From: Octopus bimaculoides
Lineage: Eukaryota
Assembly (NCBI RefSeq): GCF_001194135.2
Contig: NC_068988.1
Location: 65,878,819-65,921,772 of the forward strand
Reading direction: 5' to 3'
DNA: 42,954 bases
The notes below the pieces were generated by a model, which did no database searches, was not told the DNA's origin, and was given only the letters and a program-made list of their open reading frames with translations. A program made the position numbers and the translations under genes. Below, in pieces: positions 23,465 to 36,353 of the stretch; positions within the stretch are counted from its first letter, which is position 1; the number at the start of each line of letters is the position of its first letter.

Positions 23465-23536
23465 TAAGGGATACTGCATAACTAAGGGATACTGCATAAC
23501 TAAGGGATACTGCATAACTAAGGGATACTGCATAAC
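23465..23536. repeat. Perfect minisatellite, 4 x TAAGGGATACTGCATAAC (18 bp)
   Basis: Four identical adjacent units with no spacers. Confidence 0.98.
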
Positions 23537-24804
23537 CAGATATGCATTACCTCTGAGACACCGAATTTGCATTTATGTAAGTTATTGAGTTTAAAAAGAC
23601 TTTATTAATGATTTCATAGTGTGAATTATGGTGTGAAAATTATGTTACTGGTCTCTAAGCTTTCAAATATTATAGAACAGTGAAGAAGAGTTTGTGCTGT
23701 TTCTGAACTTTAATTAGGGCTGGTAACGTCTTTTGGAATCATTGGAAGCTTACCTTGGTTCTCCCGGGTGCTTTACGGAGTAAATTCAATTATTTGGACT
23801 CCCACTTAATTAAGAAATAATCTCATCAGGGGGTGTGTGGTTCAATATTGGAATTTACAGATGGGCTGGTAGGAAGTGGATAGTGCTGTTATATTTTTTT
23901 GGTTGTGCCACGTAATGCTGTGATTTTATCTAAATAAGAACAACTAAGTTTGATATTACGTGAGGGGAACAGTTTATGTAAGAAACATTGTCTCTCTCTC
24001 TCTCAGGTACCACTTCGCAACCACACAGATACCAGAAGCCTTTCAACTTATGCAGGGTTAAGGTTATATATGATTTCTTAGATTACATCACTTCCAGTAT
24101 TACCTGACGCAACCGACAGATTAGATCGTCATCTGCACCCACTAGAATTCCAACAGCAGTTGCTAAAATCAACAACCTGCTCATAAACTGATTTTCTAAA
24201 TCCGTGATATATAGAGTTGCAGTCAGAGGAAGTCTAAAGAGTTTAGCAACCAAATCACCGAGAAACTCTATAATCAAAATAAAATTCTTTTAGATCTTGT
24301 GAGTTGAACACCATATCTTAGCCCCGTTTTATTTCGAAACCTAAAGAGAAAAAGCACAGCTACTTCCAATAATTAAATGCACAAATGCATTGCACATGAT
24401 ATTAAAAGCTAATCTTTAATTATCCACACAAGCGGGTATGCATCCTGAATGTGTTTGAAGCTTGCAAATCGCCCTGAAATATATCGAGGATTAACTCTCT
24501 TTGGAACGAAAGTTAATCTCAGCAGAACTGATTCCTCTTAAACCTAGAAGCGCCTCACGCGTTATTAGCACTTTGTAGGTTCCAACAATTATCATCAAGT
24601 GGCTCATTCAACGGACAGTAACCTAACCAGTAACCAATAAGTGTTCCTCTTTCAAATGTTAACGCTTATTGCAGGAGTCTAATCGATTAGATACTTGCTC
24701 AAGTGCCTACGAAACCGTTTAGCGTCTCTATATTTCACCAGATGCCCACCTACGAAGTATGCAAAGTGTACCGAGTGCATTTTTTTTCGATCTGTATTCT
24801 TATA

Positions 24805-25005
24805 CATGCATACATACATACATACATACATACATATNNNNNNNNNNNNNNNNNNNNNNNNNNNNNNNNNNNNNNNNNNNNNNNNNNNNNNNNNNNNNNN
24901 NNNNNNNNNNNNNNNNNNNNNNNNNNNNNNNNNNNNNNNNNNNNNNNNNNNNNNNNNNNNNNNNNNNNNNNNTAAATATATGCATACATACATACATACA
25001 TACAT
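24805..25005. repeat. (CATA)n around assembly gap 24838-24972
   Basis: Read directly. Confidence 0.9.
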
Positions 25006-25224
25006 GCTTATATGTTTATGATTAACCTTTCTAAAGCCATCACAGCAGAAAGAAGTGTTTTTTCTATTATGTCAATGAAAGCTTCCTGCCAGCATATAAA
25101 ATACCATTGTATTTCTGGGAAATCCAGTCAGACGATCTGGCAGCGAATATAATCAGTAGGACTGACAATGATGTTCATATTGTGGATGATTTACTGAATA
25201 TCATCATCAGCAGGCTTAGCATTA

Positions 25225-25348
25225 TAATGATGACGATGTTGATGAAAGCAATGTCGACGACGACTAAATTCGTGACTGACGACGAAGACGACGACGCTGC
25301 CAATGATGATGATAGCGGTGGTAGTGGTGGTGATGACGTTTGATGATA
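25225..25348. repeat. Degenerate (GAT/GAC/GGT)n low-complexity tract
   Basis: Read directly. It explains ORFs 25107-25343 and 25175-25507. Confidence 0.8.
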
Positions 25349-26249
25349 ATAGGTTCCGGACGTTATATAATCGTGTGGGTGAAATTCAAAATAAACATTG
25401 AAATACATTTTCAAATGAAAAGAAACATTAAATAAATGAGACTGATATGTTTGATATTTTTTAAAAGAACACAGTCGTTCGTTAAAAATTAGTCGATATA
25501 TATACATATGTGTGTGTGTCAGTGTCGGCTCGTAAATAGAATTAGTGGGTCTGCTGCTTCAGAAAATTTCTAGCCGTTGCTTTAATGTTGTGTAAAAGGA
25601 AACAAACATATGAAGATAAAATTTAAACATAAACTTGATCGGTTCGCGTTTTATCCACTGCCGGGTAGTGTGTTTAATTTGTTCACTGAACACCGCCGCG
25701 AATTTTCCATTGTTTTTCAAAAATCCCCACTAAATCCCAAAATAAGGTGGAGGATGTGCCCTATTTTTCAAAGCTTGGCAGCAACACTGAAGCTGGAAGC
25801 AGGATGATAATCTTATTCTACACTTTATCACATTCATGAATATAAACACGTTTTTAAGCACAACACCTGCGGAATCAAAAAGAAACACTACCTTTCATCA
25901 GCACCACATGAACGACAGTGCTGTCTCTAACTAGCGTGAAGCATCCTACCTCAGACAACAGCCAAACACCGCGTTGTTGGAACTGTGAAGCGCAGAGTTC
26001 TATAGAAGGATTTTTGCAATTTTTCGTAAACTAGGGGATGGCTACTGACATTAAGCTTAAGGATTATATAATGAACACGTATAAAAATGAATTAAAGGGA
26101 AAAGGACTCATCATATTAAATGTTATCGATATAATTTGATTATAATGCTAAGCTTGCTGATGATGGAAATAGGGGTTGTTGCAGTTCCGCAGTACCTATA
26201 CATGAGCCACAATTGGTGACTGTGTGCGTGTGTATACTGTTGGTATTCT

Positions 26250-26478
26250 ATTATTGTTTTATGCGTTTCGACCCAGAGAGTATGGCTGTGGTGGGGCACC
26301 TCCAATGGTATCACCTTTTCGATGTCAATTCTTTTCTGATTGGCTTTTGAAGAAGCGGAGATTTCAGCACTGCTGCCCTCTCTTAAGTTTCTTGCTGTGA
26401 TATAAGTTCATCTGGGGCCTTGGACAGCAAACAGTCAAATTCTTTCTCGACAACATCTGCCCCTACTCTTTGTTTTGG
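26250..26478 (-). mobile_element. 3' end of CR1/L2-type LINE (copy 3, most diverged)
   Basis: Minus strand encodes RVGADVVEKEFDCLLSKAPDELISQQE, compared with KADIGVFKSELDRFLSRVPDEPGSQQG in copy 2. It ends GGAGGTGCCCCACCACAGCCATACTCTCTGGGTCGAAAC. Confidence 0.75.
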
Positions 26479-26479
26479 A

Positions 26480-26505
26480 ATGTATGTACGTATGTATGTA
26501 TGTGC

Positions 26506-26563
<58 letters not shown>

Positions 26564-26870
26564 TTATAAGTATACCTACCTACCCCACCACACATATATA
26601 AGATNNNNNNNNNNNNNNNNNNNNNNNNNNNNNNNNNNNNNNNNNNNNNNNNNNNNNNNNNNNNNNNNNNNNNNNNNNNNNNNNNNNNNNNNNNNNNNNN
26701 NNNNNNNNNNNNNNNNNNNNNNNNNNNNNNNNNNNNNNNNNNNNNNNNNNNNNNNNNNNNNNNNNNNNNNNNNNNNNNNNNNNNNNNNNNNNNNNNNNNN
26801 NNNNNNNNNNNNNNNNNNNNNNNNNNNNNNNNNNNNNNNNNNNNNNNNNNNNNNNNNNNNNNNNNNNNNN

Positions 26871-26930
<60 letters not shown>
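26480..26930. repeat. (TATG)n, (TATC)n and (TG)n around assembly gap 26605-26870
   Basis: Read directly. Confidence 0.95.
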
Positions 26931-26933
<3 letters not shown>

Positions 26934-27387
26934 CTGTGCAAGTAGGAAGTATATGCAATACGAAAGGGCTTCGTATGCGTTTCACTGGTAACATTAGATT
27001 AAAGAAATTCTGTTTCATCTCCTTCACTATTTATGCACAATCACGTGTATTTATAAATAATTAACTCCAATATTTTTCTTGCCTTTATCGATTTGTATAA
27101 TTGAAACATTTATCATTTTACTCTTCTGATATGCAATTCCACATTGGGTTGGATCTCCCGGAAACAGGATTGTTATCTCTATATGTAGAGTACGTGTGCA
27201 TCTTGAATTTAAGCTGTTTCTACTGCGACGTGAACCCAACTATGCAGACTGACATACTTTTATAAAGAATATGTATTTTATTTCGTATAAGTTATGTTTC
27301 TCCTAATAAAACATGAGTAGCAGAATTATGGTTAAAACTCTTTTGCTTTATGTATATAAATCCTGGATGTTTACGATTAATAAAATA

Positions 27388-27540
27388 GGCGCAGACTAGC
27401 GTTGTGGTAAGAAATTTTCTTCCCAATGGTACAATTTTAGGTTCAGATACACTAGTAGCTCTTCAGGCAAGTGTCTTCTAATATACGACCAAAGGCTTAT
27501 GAGTGGATTTGCCATACGTAAACTAAAACAAGACCGTCAA

Positions 27541-27591
<51 letters not shown>

Positions 27592-27808
27592 TGTGTGTCT
27601 TTGTGTTTGTGTCTACCTTCACCGCTAGACATTTTTTTTGTTTGTTTTCACATTCCTGTGCCTTAGGGATCGGCAAAAGTGACCGATAAAATGAGCAACA
27701 GGCATTAAAAAAAGATAAGTTTTAGGAGTGATGTTTTTCAACTAAATCCTTTCTAAGCAGTGTCCCAGCATAACTGCATTTAATGACTGAAACAAGTAAA
27801 CGATAAAA
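27388..27808 (+). mobile_element. Full-length diverged SINE-A with internal (CA)n
   Basis: GGCGCAG...GTGGTAAGAA...GGTTCAG...GGCAAGTGTCTTCTA...GACCAAAGGCTTATGAGTGGATTTG, then (CA)n, body, and TAATGACTGAAACAAGTAAA tail. Confidence 0.8.
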
Positions 27809-27844
27809 CAAAGGGTAGAAGAATTAATAAATAAATGATTAAAG

Positions 27845-27857
27845 TTATATATACATA

Positions 27858-27892
<35 letters not shown>

Positions 27893-27960
27893 AAACTGTA
27901 TAAGTATATATGTGTGGGTGTATATTGTATATGTGTATATATGTATATATATATGCAAGT

Positions 27961-28001
<41 letters not shown>

Positions 28002-28011
28002 NNNNNNNNNN

Positions 28012-28055
<44 letters not shown>

Positions 28056-28410
28056 CGAACAAATACACACACATATATATGTCTACACATATACATATAT
28101 TTTATACGTATGCATGTATACATTATGTATTGTATTATATATATGTATATATATTGTATTATATTATATTATATATGCATTGATATATAAATTATATGTA
28201 TATATAGATTTATACATACATATAAATATATATATGCATGTATATATATATATATATATATATATATNNNNNNNNNNTATATATATATATATATATACAT
28301 ATATATACATATAAATATATATATGTACATACATACATATGAATATATATACCCACTAACACACACACATGCACACGCAAACACATAAACATACACACAC
28401 ACACATATTA
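27845..28410. repeat. Compound TA/TG/CA microsatellite field with two 10-N gaps
   Basis: Read directly. Confidence 0.95.
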
Positions 28411-28865
28411 AACAAGAAATAATTTTTGTTTCTTTGTATGGAAACAAAAGTGGTTTATAGGACAGGAAAAAAGACGTACTCAAATGAAACTGAGACAAAA
28501 GACATAAATTCATTTTGGTTACCTATTTACTAATTCATTTCCTAATTAGTAATTCACTTTGATTACCTACTTTTGTTGATCTGTATATACATTTTCTTGA
28601 CAGGCCTTTATATATATATTTTGTATTTTATATGTGCATATATATATTTATACCTACAGTGCGTTTATATATGTATTCCTTTTATATGTTGAAAGCTATG
28701 TTAATATTTATATATCATGAAATGTATAGGAGCCTGGTCTAATACAAAGTCGTTGACCCGTATTTGATGTTCCCTAATCAACGTTTTGCGTCATACTAAT
28801 ATATACTTTTGTTATTTACACCACCTGTCCTCGTCTGTTGTTATTTTTTGTATATTCTCCCATAT

Positions 28866-28899
<34 letters not shown>

Positions 28900-29374
28900 A
28901 TATATTGTCAAATAAACTTTACTCTAAAGTACTGTTGCTACATATTTCTCGTTCAGAGATCTTGAACTAAGAATATGTGTGCCTAGATGCCTCTATGACC
29001 AGATGTATTTCTGGCATATACATATCTCAGGTTATAATTCCTATGCTAAAATTATCCGCCAATCATTCACGTGTATTTGGAGATCGTTTCAGATTATATT
29101 TTCATTTCTAGCATTATTGAGATTTTTATCGCTTTTTATCTCAATGCGTCAAAAATTATTTTGATTTGAACCAATATAGATGTTTAACATCATGTTGTGG
29201 CTGAGGGAAATAGGCTTTTGACTCACTGACATGTCCATATAAAGACGAGATACAGGGAAAAATAGGGAAACATTTTGATCGAATTATTCCGAGGAAGTGA
29301 TCATCTAGTAACATATTTTATCGTTATCAGACAGAATAAATATATTCATTTAAATATTATTCATGCTGTCTGCA

Positions 29375-29512
29375 TCCGTTGGTGTATAGTTAAAAAGATC
29401 GTCTGACTGGATTCGATACTATTGAGGAACTGCGCTCTAATATAGGCAAGGATTGATAAATATGTATGAGGGAGGGTTGATCGTCGGAAACTGTACAGAA
29501 GCCCGTCGTATG
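29375..29512 (+). mobile_element. Degenerate SINE-A-like head, followed by a CA/TA/TG field to ~29920
   Basis: Ends CGGAAACTGTACAGAAGCCCGTCGTATGTG, as in SINE-A. Upstream GGATTCGATAC resembles a B-box. Confidence 0.55.
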
Positions 29513-29650
29513 TGTGTGTTCTGATGTATGTAAGTGCACACACACATACACACAGACACAAGTACACAAACACACAGAAACACACACACAATCACACACT
29601 ACACACAAACACACACATATTTATATGTAATTGGTGTGTATATATACATA

Positions 29651-29738
<88 letters not shown>

Positions 29739-31251
29739 TTTATACACACACACACACACATATACATATACGCTTACCTATATGCATATATATACCCATA
29801 CATACCTATGTCTGTATATGGATATATATGTATATATATATATATACATATAAATATATATGTACACACACAGACACACAGACGCACAGACACACACACA
29901 CGCACACACACACATATATATGCTTCGGTACATTTCCCACTCCGTCTGTCCCATCTTTTTCGGTCTTAGTGTATCATATGTAGTTAAATTAGTCAACGAC
30001 TGCTACATTTCAGATAACAGAAAGTATCATTGCCAACCCTAGCAAGTCACGTGACGACTTTGAGACTTTTATTCACGAAGCTGTTACCTTTATATATGAA
30101 GCACTTTCTTCAGTTTCAATGTAGCGTTCCGTATTTGAGTATTTATGTTTACCAGTCTTTATATCTTATCTCACGATACACCTTCCAAATGCTTCAATTA
30201 CAGTTGTATTTACATATAATCGTTTATTTAAAAGGTCATCGACAAGTCTTTCACGTATGCAAGGATTCTTTAAAATAATATGTCTTTGATAATTCTTGAC
30301 AGCATGTATTGAACAGAGATTATCAGACTGCGTAATGGTAGCAAAATAACGATGAATAATAAACGGAACTTACAGTATAATTACAAGAAAGCTTTCAGTA
30401 GTTCTTTTCAAATACCCCGGAAATTGCTGTTACTAAATATGTATAATTCACCTAGATTCATCTCAATCTATGCAAACCAGTGACCTATTACTTGTAGCAA
30501 AATACAAATAAATACCAAAGAGTCTACAATCTCATTGTATTCCGAGAATATTTCTTATCCACAACACTGGTGTCTTCCTAAATATCATCATGTCACGAAA
30601 GTCTTATTTTAGAAGTGGTTTGCCCTCAGGTAGATTTATCAATCACAACTTACTTCAAGGTCCAGACGTTATCCATTTATAATTTCGGTATCAGCCACAT
30701 AATTTGCATTCCGTTAAGCAATGATCACATTGGTTTCTACTTGTATGACGTAAGTCCCGTGTAATTCTATATCACCCATATTCATATGTAATCGGGTATC
30801 GACCTATGTATACATACAAGAAATTATATCCACCACCGTCATGGTTTGTTTCACTTAGAGGCAATGATAAAATAAGATTGGCCGCAGAGCTACATTGTGG
30901 AAATTCGCCTACAACCAAATGGTGAGGTTCCATTCATGACATTCAAACTATCAGTTATCACATGAGTTCTATACCTTTGTACGTCCTTCCTATTACTTTT
31001 TTTTTGTAATCGTCAGGGAGCCTCTAGAAAGTGCAGCTGAATCATTTTTGATTATATCTCTGCTAATTAAGTACTGACACCCAGCTATATAACAACGGAA
31101 GCCACTACAATAACAACAACAACAAAAACAACAACACAAATCATGACTCAGCATGTAAATTTATTAAAATACAAGAAGATTTTTAATCGTGGGGTAAAAT
31201 CAGTGGAAGTGAGAAGGAGTTGGGAGTGGGAGAAGGTGACGATTCAATGAA

Positions 31252-31254
<3 letters not shown>

Positions 31255-31294
<40 letters not shown>

Positions 31295-31298
31295 CGGA

Positions 31299-31333
<35 letters not shown>
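31255..31333. repeat. (GA)n
   Basis: Read directly. Confidence 0.95.
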
Positions 31334-31337
<4 letters not shown>

Positions 31338-32111
31338 TGATAGGATGTGAGTAGAAGCGGGTGTTTGTATTATTTATTCAACAAAATCTTTTCACAAAAA
31401 CGTGTTTTTACCTGAAGCAAGGACGTAAACACACCTGGCCATTTTACATTCGTTGTAGAGGAGACAAGGAGAGATTGTTTGTTGGTGGAGATTCTGATGG
31501 TCTGAATATCACATACAAATCCCTGAAACGTCGGCACTACTGAGCGGCGATTTGGGCCAGTCTCTTCTTCAATTGTCCGACAGTAACATATATGATGTTA
31601 TTTTAGAAAGATGAAGACTGCGCAGAAAACTGGCAGATATGACTTTTCCTAAGTTGTTTATACACAACTATCCGGTATTGGGATCATTCACTGCAGCTAC
31701 AACCATTCGAAGGAAGCTCCTTACATGGAAAGGCGTTCTTCATTCCTTGAAGAATGACTTTCAGCTGCTGGAGTCCATGGGTTTCGGTTACCTCTACTGT
31801 ATACTCAGCAGTCTAGGAGCCATAAAATGGTCATCAGAAGTATCCTCTCTCCTCAGTTATGCAGAATTACGAAAAGGACTTGGAGGTAACAATGCACTGC
31901 ATCTCTTTCCAACAAGAGAACCACGTTCACTGTTTTAGTGCAAGAATATTGTCAGCAAGACTGCTTACAAATTGTTTTGAAAACTGTTTCAAACCTTCAA
32001 GAATGAGATTTCTAATCATTACTATTTCACACAAAAATTCATATAAATATTAAAATAAAATATAAAAGTTATCAGTAGCGGTCTATTTATTGGAAATGTG
32101 CTTATTCTCGT

Positions 32112-32288
32112 ATCGTTAGCAAGCGAACAAAGCTTAGCAACATTTCTTTCGGCTTCACACTCTGAATTCAAATGTCGAAGTCGACTTTGCCTTTCATCCT
32201 TTCCGGGTCGATGAAATAATTACTAGCTGAGGACTAATGTCGACCTACTCGACTAGTCCCTCACCTCAAATTCTAAATTGTAAAATGT
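32112..32288 (+). mobile_element. SINE-C, diverged
   Basis: ATCGTTAGC...GCTTAGC...GAATTCAAAT...GTCGACTTTGCCTTTCATCCTTTCCGGGTCGAT. Confidence 0.8.
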
Positions 32289-32337
32289 ATTATTATTATC
32301 ATCATCATTATCATCATCATTATTATTATTATTATTG

Positions 32338-32413
<76 letters not shown>
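32287..32413. repeat. (TTA)n/(TCA)n trinucleotide tract
   Basis: Read directly. Confidence 0.95.
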
Positions 32414-32414
<1 letters not shown>

Positions 32415-33145
32415 AGTGATTTCATTCACTATTCCAATAATTTCTGCAGTCGCTCGATCTCCTAGAAAACGCAGTGACATGAATATCCATAATGATCTGG
32501 TAAAATACAACAATAACATGAAATGGATAATGATGCACCAAAAATTAACAAACAAAACCAAAAATGTGTACAACAATAACAGCAACACACCAAGTAATAT
32601 TTAATTGCAATAATCATTCCAAAAAATAGCGCTTGTGACAAAAAGACCGACTTGAACAATTCAAAGGAAATTATCAAGAGCAACACAAGTGTAAACTGGA
32701 AGTCACAAAGAAGCGAATAGCTTTAAAAATAGAAAGAGGAAATAGACATCATAATGAATGAGAGTTTCTTGTTCGATTTCATTCAGAAGGATGACAGCCA
32801 TGATAAAACCTTTAAAATAGTCCATAAATGTCACATTTTTATTAAAATACATTAAAACTGGTATTATTGTCAGCATTTTTCTATTCGTTTAGATTGACAG
32901 GAGATTGCTGGAGCAAAATTCTAGAGTTATATCGCATTTCTTCATTGCCATTTTCTCCATTATTTTTAAAATGAAATTTTGAGATAATTTATGCACGTGC
33001 ACGTTCGTTACTCAACCTGTGTGTTTGTTAAGGGATGTTTGTATGAAACAGAATACGCTACAACGTATACAATTCATGCATAAGTACATACACTTGTAAA
33101 AACACCATTAGGTGCATCATTACTGTGTTGATAGCGTCTAAATTC

Positions 33146-33360
33146 GAAGGCGGCGAGCTGGAAGAAACGTTAGCACGCCGGGCTTAGCGGTATTTCGTCT
33201 GTCTTTACGTTCCGAGTTCAAATTCCGCCGAGGTCGACTTTGCCTTTCATCCCTTCCAGGTCAATAAATTAAATACCGGTTTCATACTGGAGTCGATCTA
33301 ATCGACTGGCCACCTCCCCAAAACTTTCGGGGCCTTGTGCCTAGAGCAGAAAAGGATATT
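33146..33360 (+). mobile_element. SINE-C, best-preserved copy
   Basis: GAAGGCGGCGAGCTGGAAGAAACGTTAGC head, B-box GAGTTCAAATT, and central GAGGTCGACTTTGCCTTTCATCCC. From memory the central part resembles the conserved domain of Meta/Sauria-type SINEs; unverified. Confidence 0.9.
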
Positions 33361-34457
33361 GTCTAAATTCTTATGAAAGTACTCTATTATTAAGAAAGAA
33401 ACCAAATCTTCGTCCAATGGTACAGAATAAAAAAAATAAAAAAATTCAAGCCCAAATATCATGCATGCAATNNNNNNNNNNNNNNNNNNNNNNNNNNNNN
33501 NNNNNNNNNNNNNNNNNNNNNNNNNNNNNNNNNNNNNNNNNNNNNNNNNNNNNNNNNNNNNNNNNNNNNNNNNNNNNNNNNNNNNNNNNNNNNNNNNNNN
33601 NNNNNNNNNNNNNNNNNNNNNNNNNNNNNNNNNNNNNNNNNNNNNNNNNNNNNNNNNNNNNNNNNNNNNNNNNNNNNNNNNNNNNNNNNNNNNNNNNNNN
33701 NNNNNNNNNNNNNNNNNNNNNNNNNNNNNNNNNNNNNNNNNNNNNNNNNNNNNNNNNNNNNNNNNNNNNNNNNNNNNNNNNNNNNNNNNNNNNNNNNNNN
33801 NNNNNNNNNNNNNNNNNNNNNNNNNNNNNNNNNNNNNNNNNNNNNNNNNNNNNNNNNNNNNNNNNNNNNNNNNNNNNNNNNNNNNNNNNNNNNNNNNNNN
33901 NNNNNNNNNNNNNNNNNNNNNNNNNNNNNNNNNNNNNNNNNNNNNNNNNNNNNNNNNNNNNNNNNNNNNNNNNNNNNNNNNNNNNNNNNNNNNNNNNNNN
34001 NNNNNNNNNNNNNNNNNNNNNNNNNNNNNNNNNNNNNNNNNNNNNNNNNNNNNNNNNNNNNNNNNNNNNNNNNNNNNNNNNNNNNNNNNNNNNNNNNNNN
34101 NNNNNNNNNNNNNNNNNNNNNNNNNNNNNNNNNNNNNNNNNNNNNNNNNNNNNNNNNNNNNNNNNNNNNNNNNNNNNNNNNNNNNNNNNNNNNNNNNNNN
34201 NNNNNNNNNNNNNNNNNNNNNNNNNNNNNNNNNNNNNNNNNNNNNNNNNNNNNNNNNNNNNNNNNNNNNNNNNNNNNNNNNNNNNNNNNNNNNNNNNNNN
34301 NNNNNNNNNNNNNNNNNNNNNNNNNNNNNNNNNNNNNNNNNNNNNNNNNNNNNNNNNNNNNNNNNNNNNNNNNNNNNNNNNNNNNNNNNNNNNNNNNNNN
34401 NNNNNNNNNNNNNNNNNNNNNNNNNNNNNNNNNTATATATATATATATATATATATA

Positions 34458-34500
<43 letters not shown>

Positions 34501-36353
34501 TCGCGAGTGTGTATGTGCTGGTAACACTTAAAAAAATTCACACGTACATCACAAACGTTCGATGTCGCTTATTTAGCAATTTCCCTTTGTTGTATTTTGT
34601 GGTGCTTTTTTTAACTGTCCCTTTTCCTACTTTTTATAAGTATTTCATTTGTATTTATTGGATCTGCTTGTACATATGTCAAATAAGTTTATAATATTTG
34701 TTACACAGGTGACAGGCTAGATCTTGAAAATTTTACTTGAATTTGAATCATTCACAACAGAAATAATTAACAAACGCACACGTGTACATATGCGCACGTT
34801 CTTCACATACAAACACACATGTATCATGCATAATATAGATATATCGTTTAAGAGAAATTAAGTGCAGAATTAGTTACGAGGTTATATCCTTTATATACGT
34901 ACGCTGTTTTAGATCACAAAACGATATCAGTAGTAGAGAATACCAGCCAGTAGCGGTGCTGAGAGTGCTAGAAGTATACGTCTGTTTCGTTGGACTTTGT
35001 TGGTAGCTTTTACCAAATCTTTCGGTACTGATATAAGAAAACAGTAATTGAAAAGCCATGATGTAGCGATTAGCCATCCAGCGGAATAAGATTTCGTCAT
35101 ATATAACAGAAGCACTACTGTGCATCTGTGTTCATAAAGTAACAAAGATACTGCTTTGGAGTGATTTTAGAGAGAAGAATTTTCTGTTTAGTATTATATT
35201 AGCCGAATAATTTTTACAAAACAATGGACTGCTGTCGCTCAGTCAGTTTGTCAAATATAATATAAATTTAATATTATATTTATGTATTTACTTCTAAACT
35301 GGCCAGAATGAGTGAGGTTCTTTCGCTGGAATAACAGTTCTAAATAATTTGTGCTTTTGAGATATTTGATGTTCGTTTATCTTTAACAGTAACTAGCGGT
35401 TACTTAATTTTAACGAATAGGTGAAGAATACATTTAAGGTAAACTATTAATTTATCTTAATCACTAGTTTTATAATTACATGATCTAAATATATTACATA
35501 AAAAATGCATGGCTTGATTTCTTTGCGGTAACTTGCTGATTTGAAAAGCAATAAATCATGTATCATTTATCAACTTTTTTTTTCTCCGATAAATTAATTA
35601 TGAATCTGTTGGGTTGATATTGTGAAACCAGTAAAGAAGCACAATCTTTTTCACATTTTATTTTTTAATTAATAACAATCCAGACGAAATGATATATTTC
35701 GTCCTACTTTGGATTTTTGCGATTTAATTTGGATATTTCGGTTTAATTTAGATATTTTGTCTTCAAATAGATTGAATCTTATTTAACTTCAGAAAATTAA
35801 TTACTTGCCTCTATCTGACTGCAATAGCGTAAAGAATATATTCGACTGGAATTCTGTGAAGATATTTGTTAAAGGAGAATGTAGAAAGTAGATTCTCAAT
35901 TCTGTTTAGCAGTATTATTTGTTTATATATGTTCAAGATATCTTGGCTGAGAAATCTTCTGGAATATCAATAGGAAAGTATCTCGATATTTTTCACGCCG
36001 AAGGCCGTTAATTAAATCTATTTTATCCACAAACAATTTTACTTCCAAATTAAATATATGAAAGCATTTTCAGTCTCATTACTCTGCAAACCAGGTAATT
36101 GTTGTTATATATGGCTACAAGCTGTTTTGTGTGTTAAGTATCCCAAAAAAGAACGACTGATGGGTTGGGTCTTATTATGGCTTCATGAAGAAGTATAAGA
36201 ATAAATGAGATTTCTATCATTCTCTTCAAGTCTTGACAACCTGGTGATTAGCATTCTAAGAAAAGCTAATGATCAATATCCATTATAAATAAAGTAAAGA
36301 GTTATATAACTCCGAACAATATTCGATGTGCCACCAAATAACCTTTTCAATAA

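Noticed and set aside
23465-23536. CRISPR-like direct repeats
   Set aside because: Units are contiguous without spacers, there are no cas genes, and the context is eukaryotic.
24679-24692. Perfect 14-bp palindrome TCTAATCGATTAGA
   Set aside because: Several are expected by chance at this length and composition.
28795-28870. Short segment resembling an octopus Penelope-associated repeat I recall
   Set aside because: Single short match from memory only, with no ORF, second copy or ribozyme core in the window.
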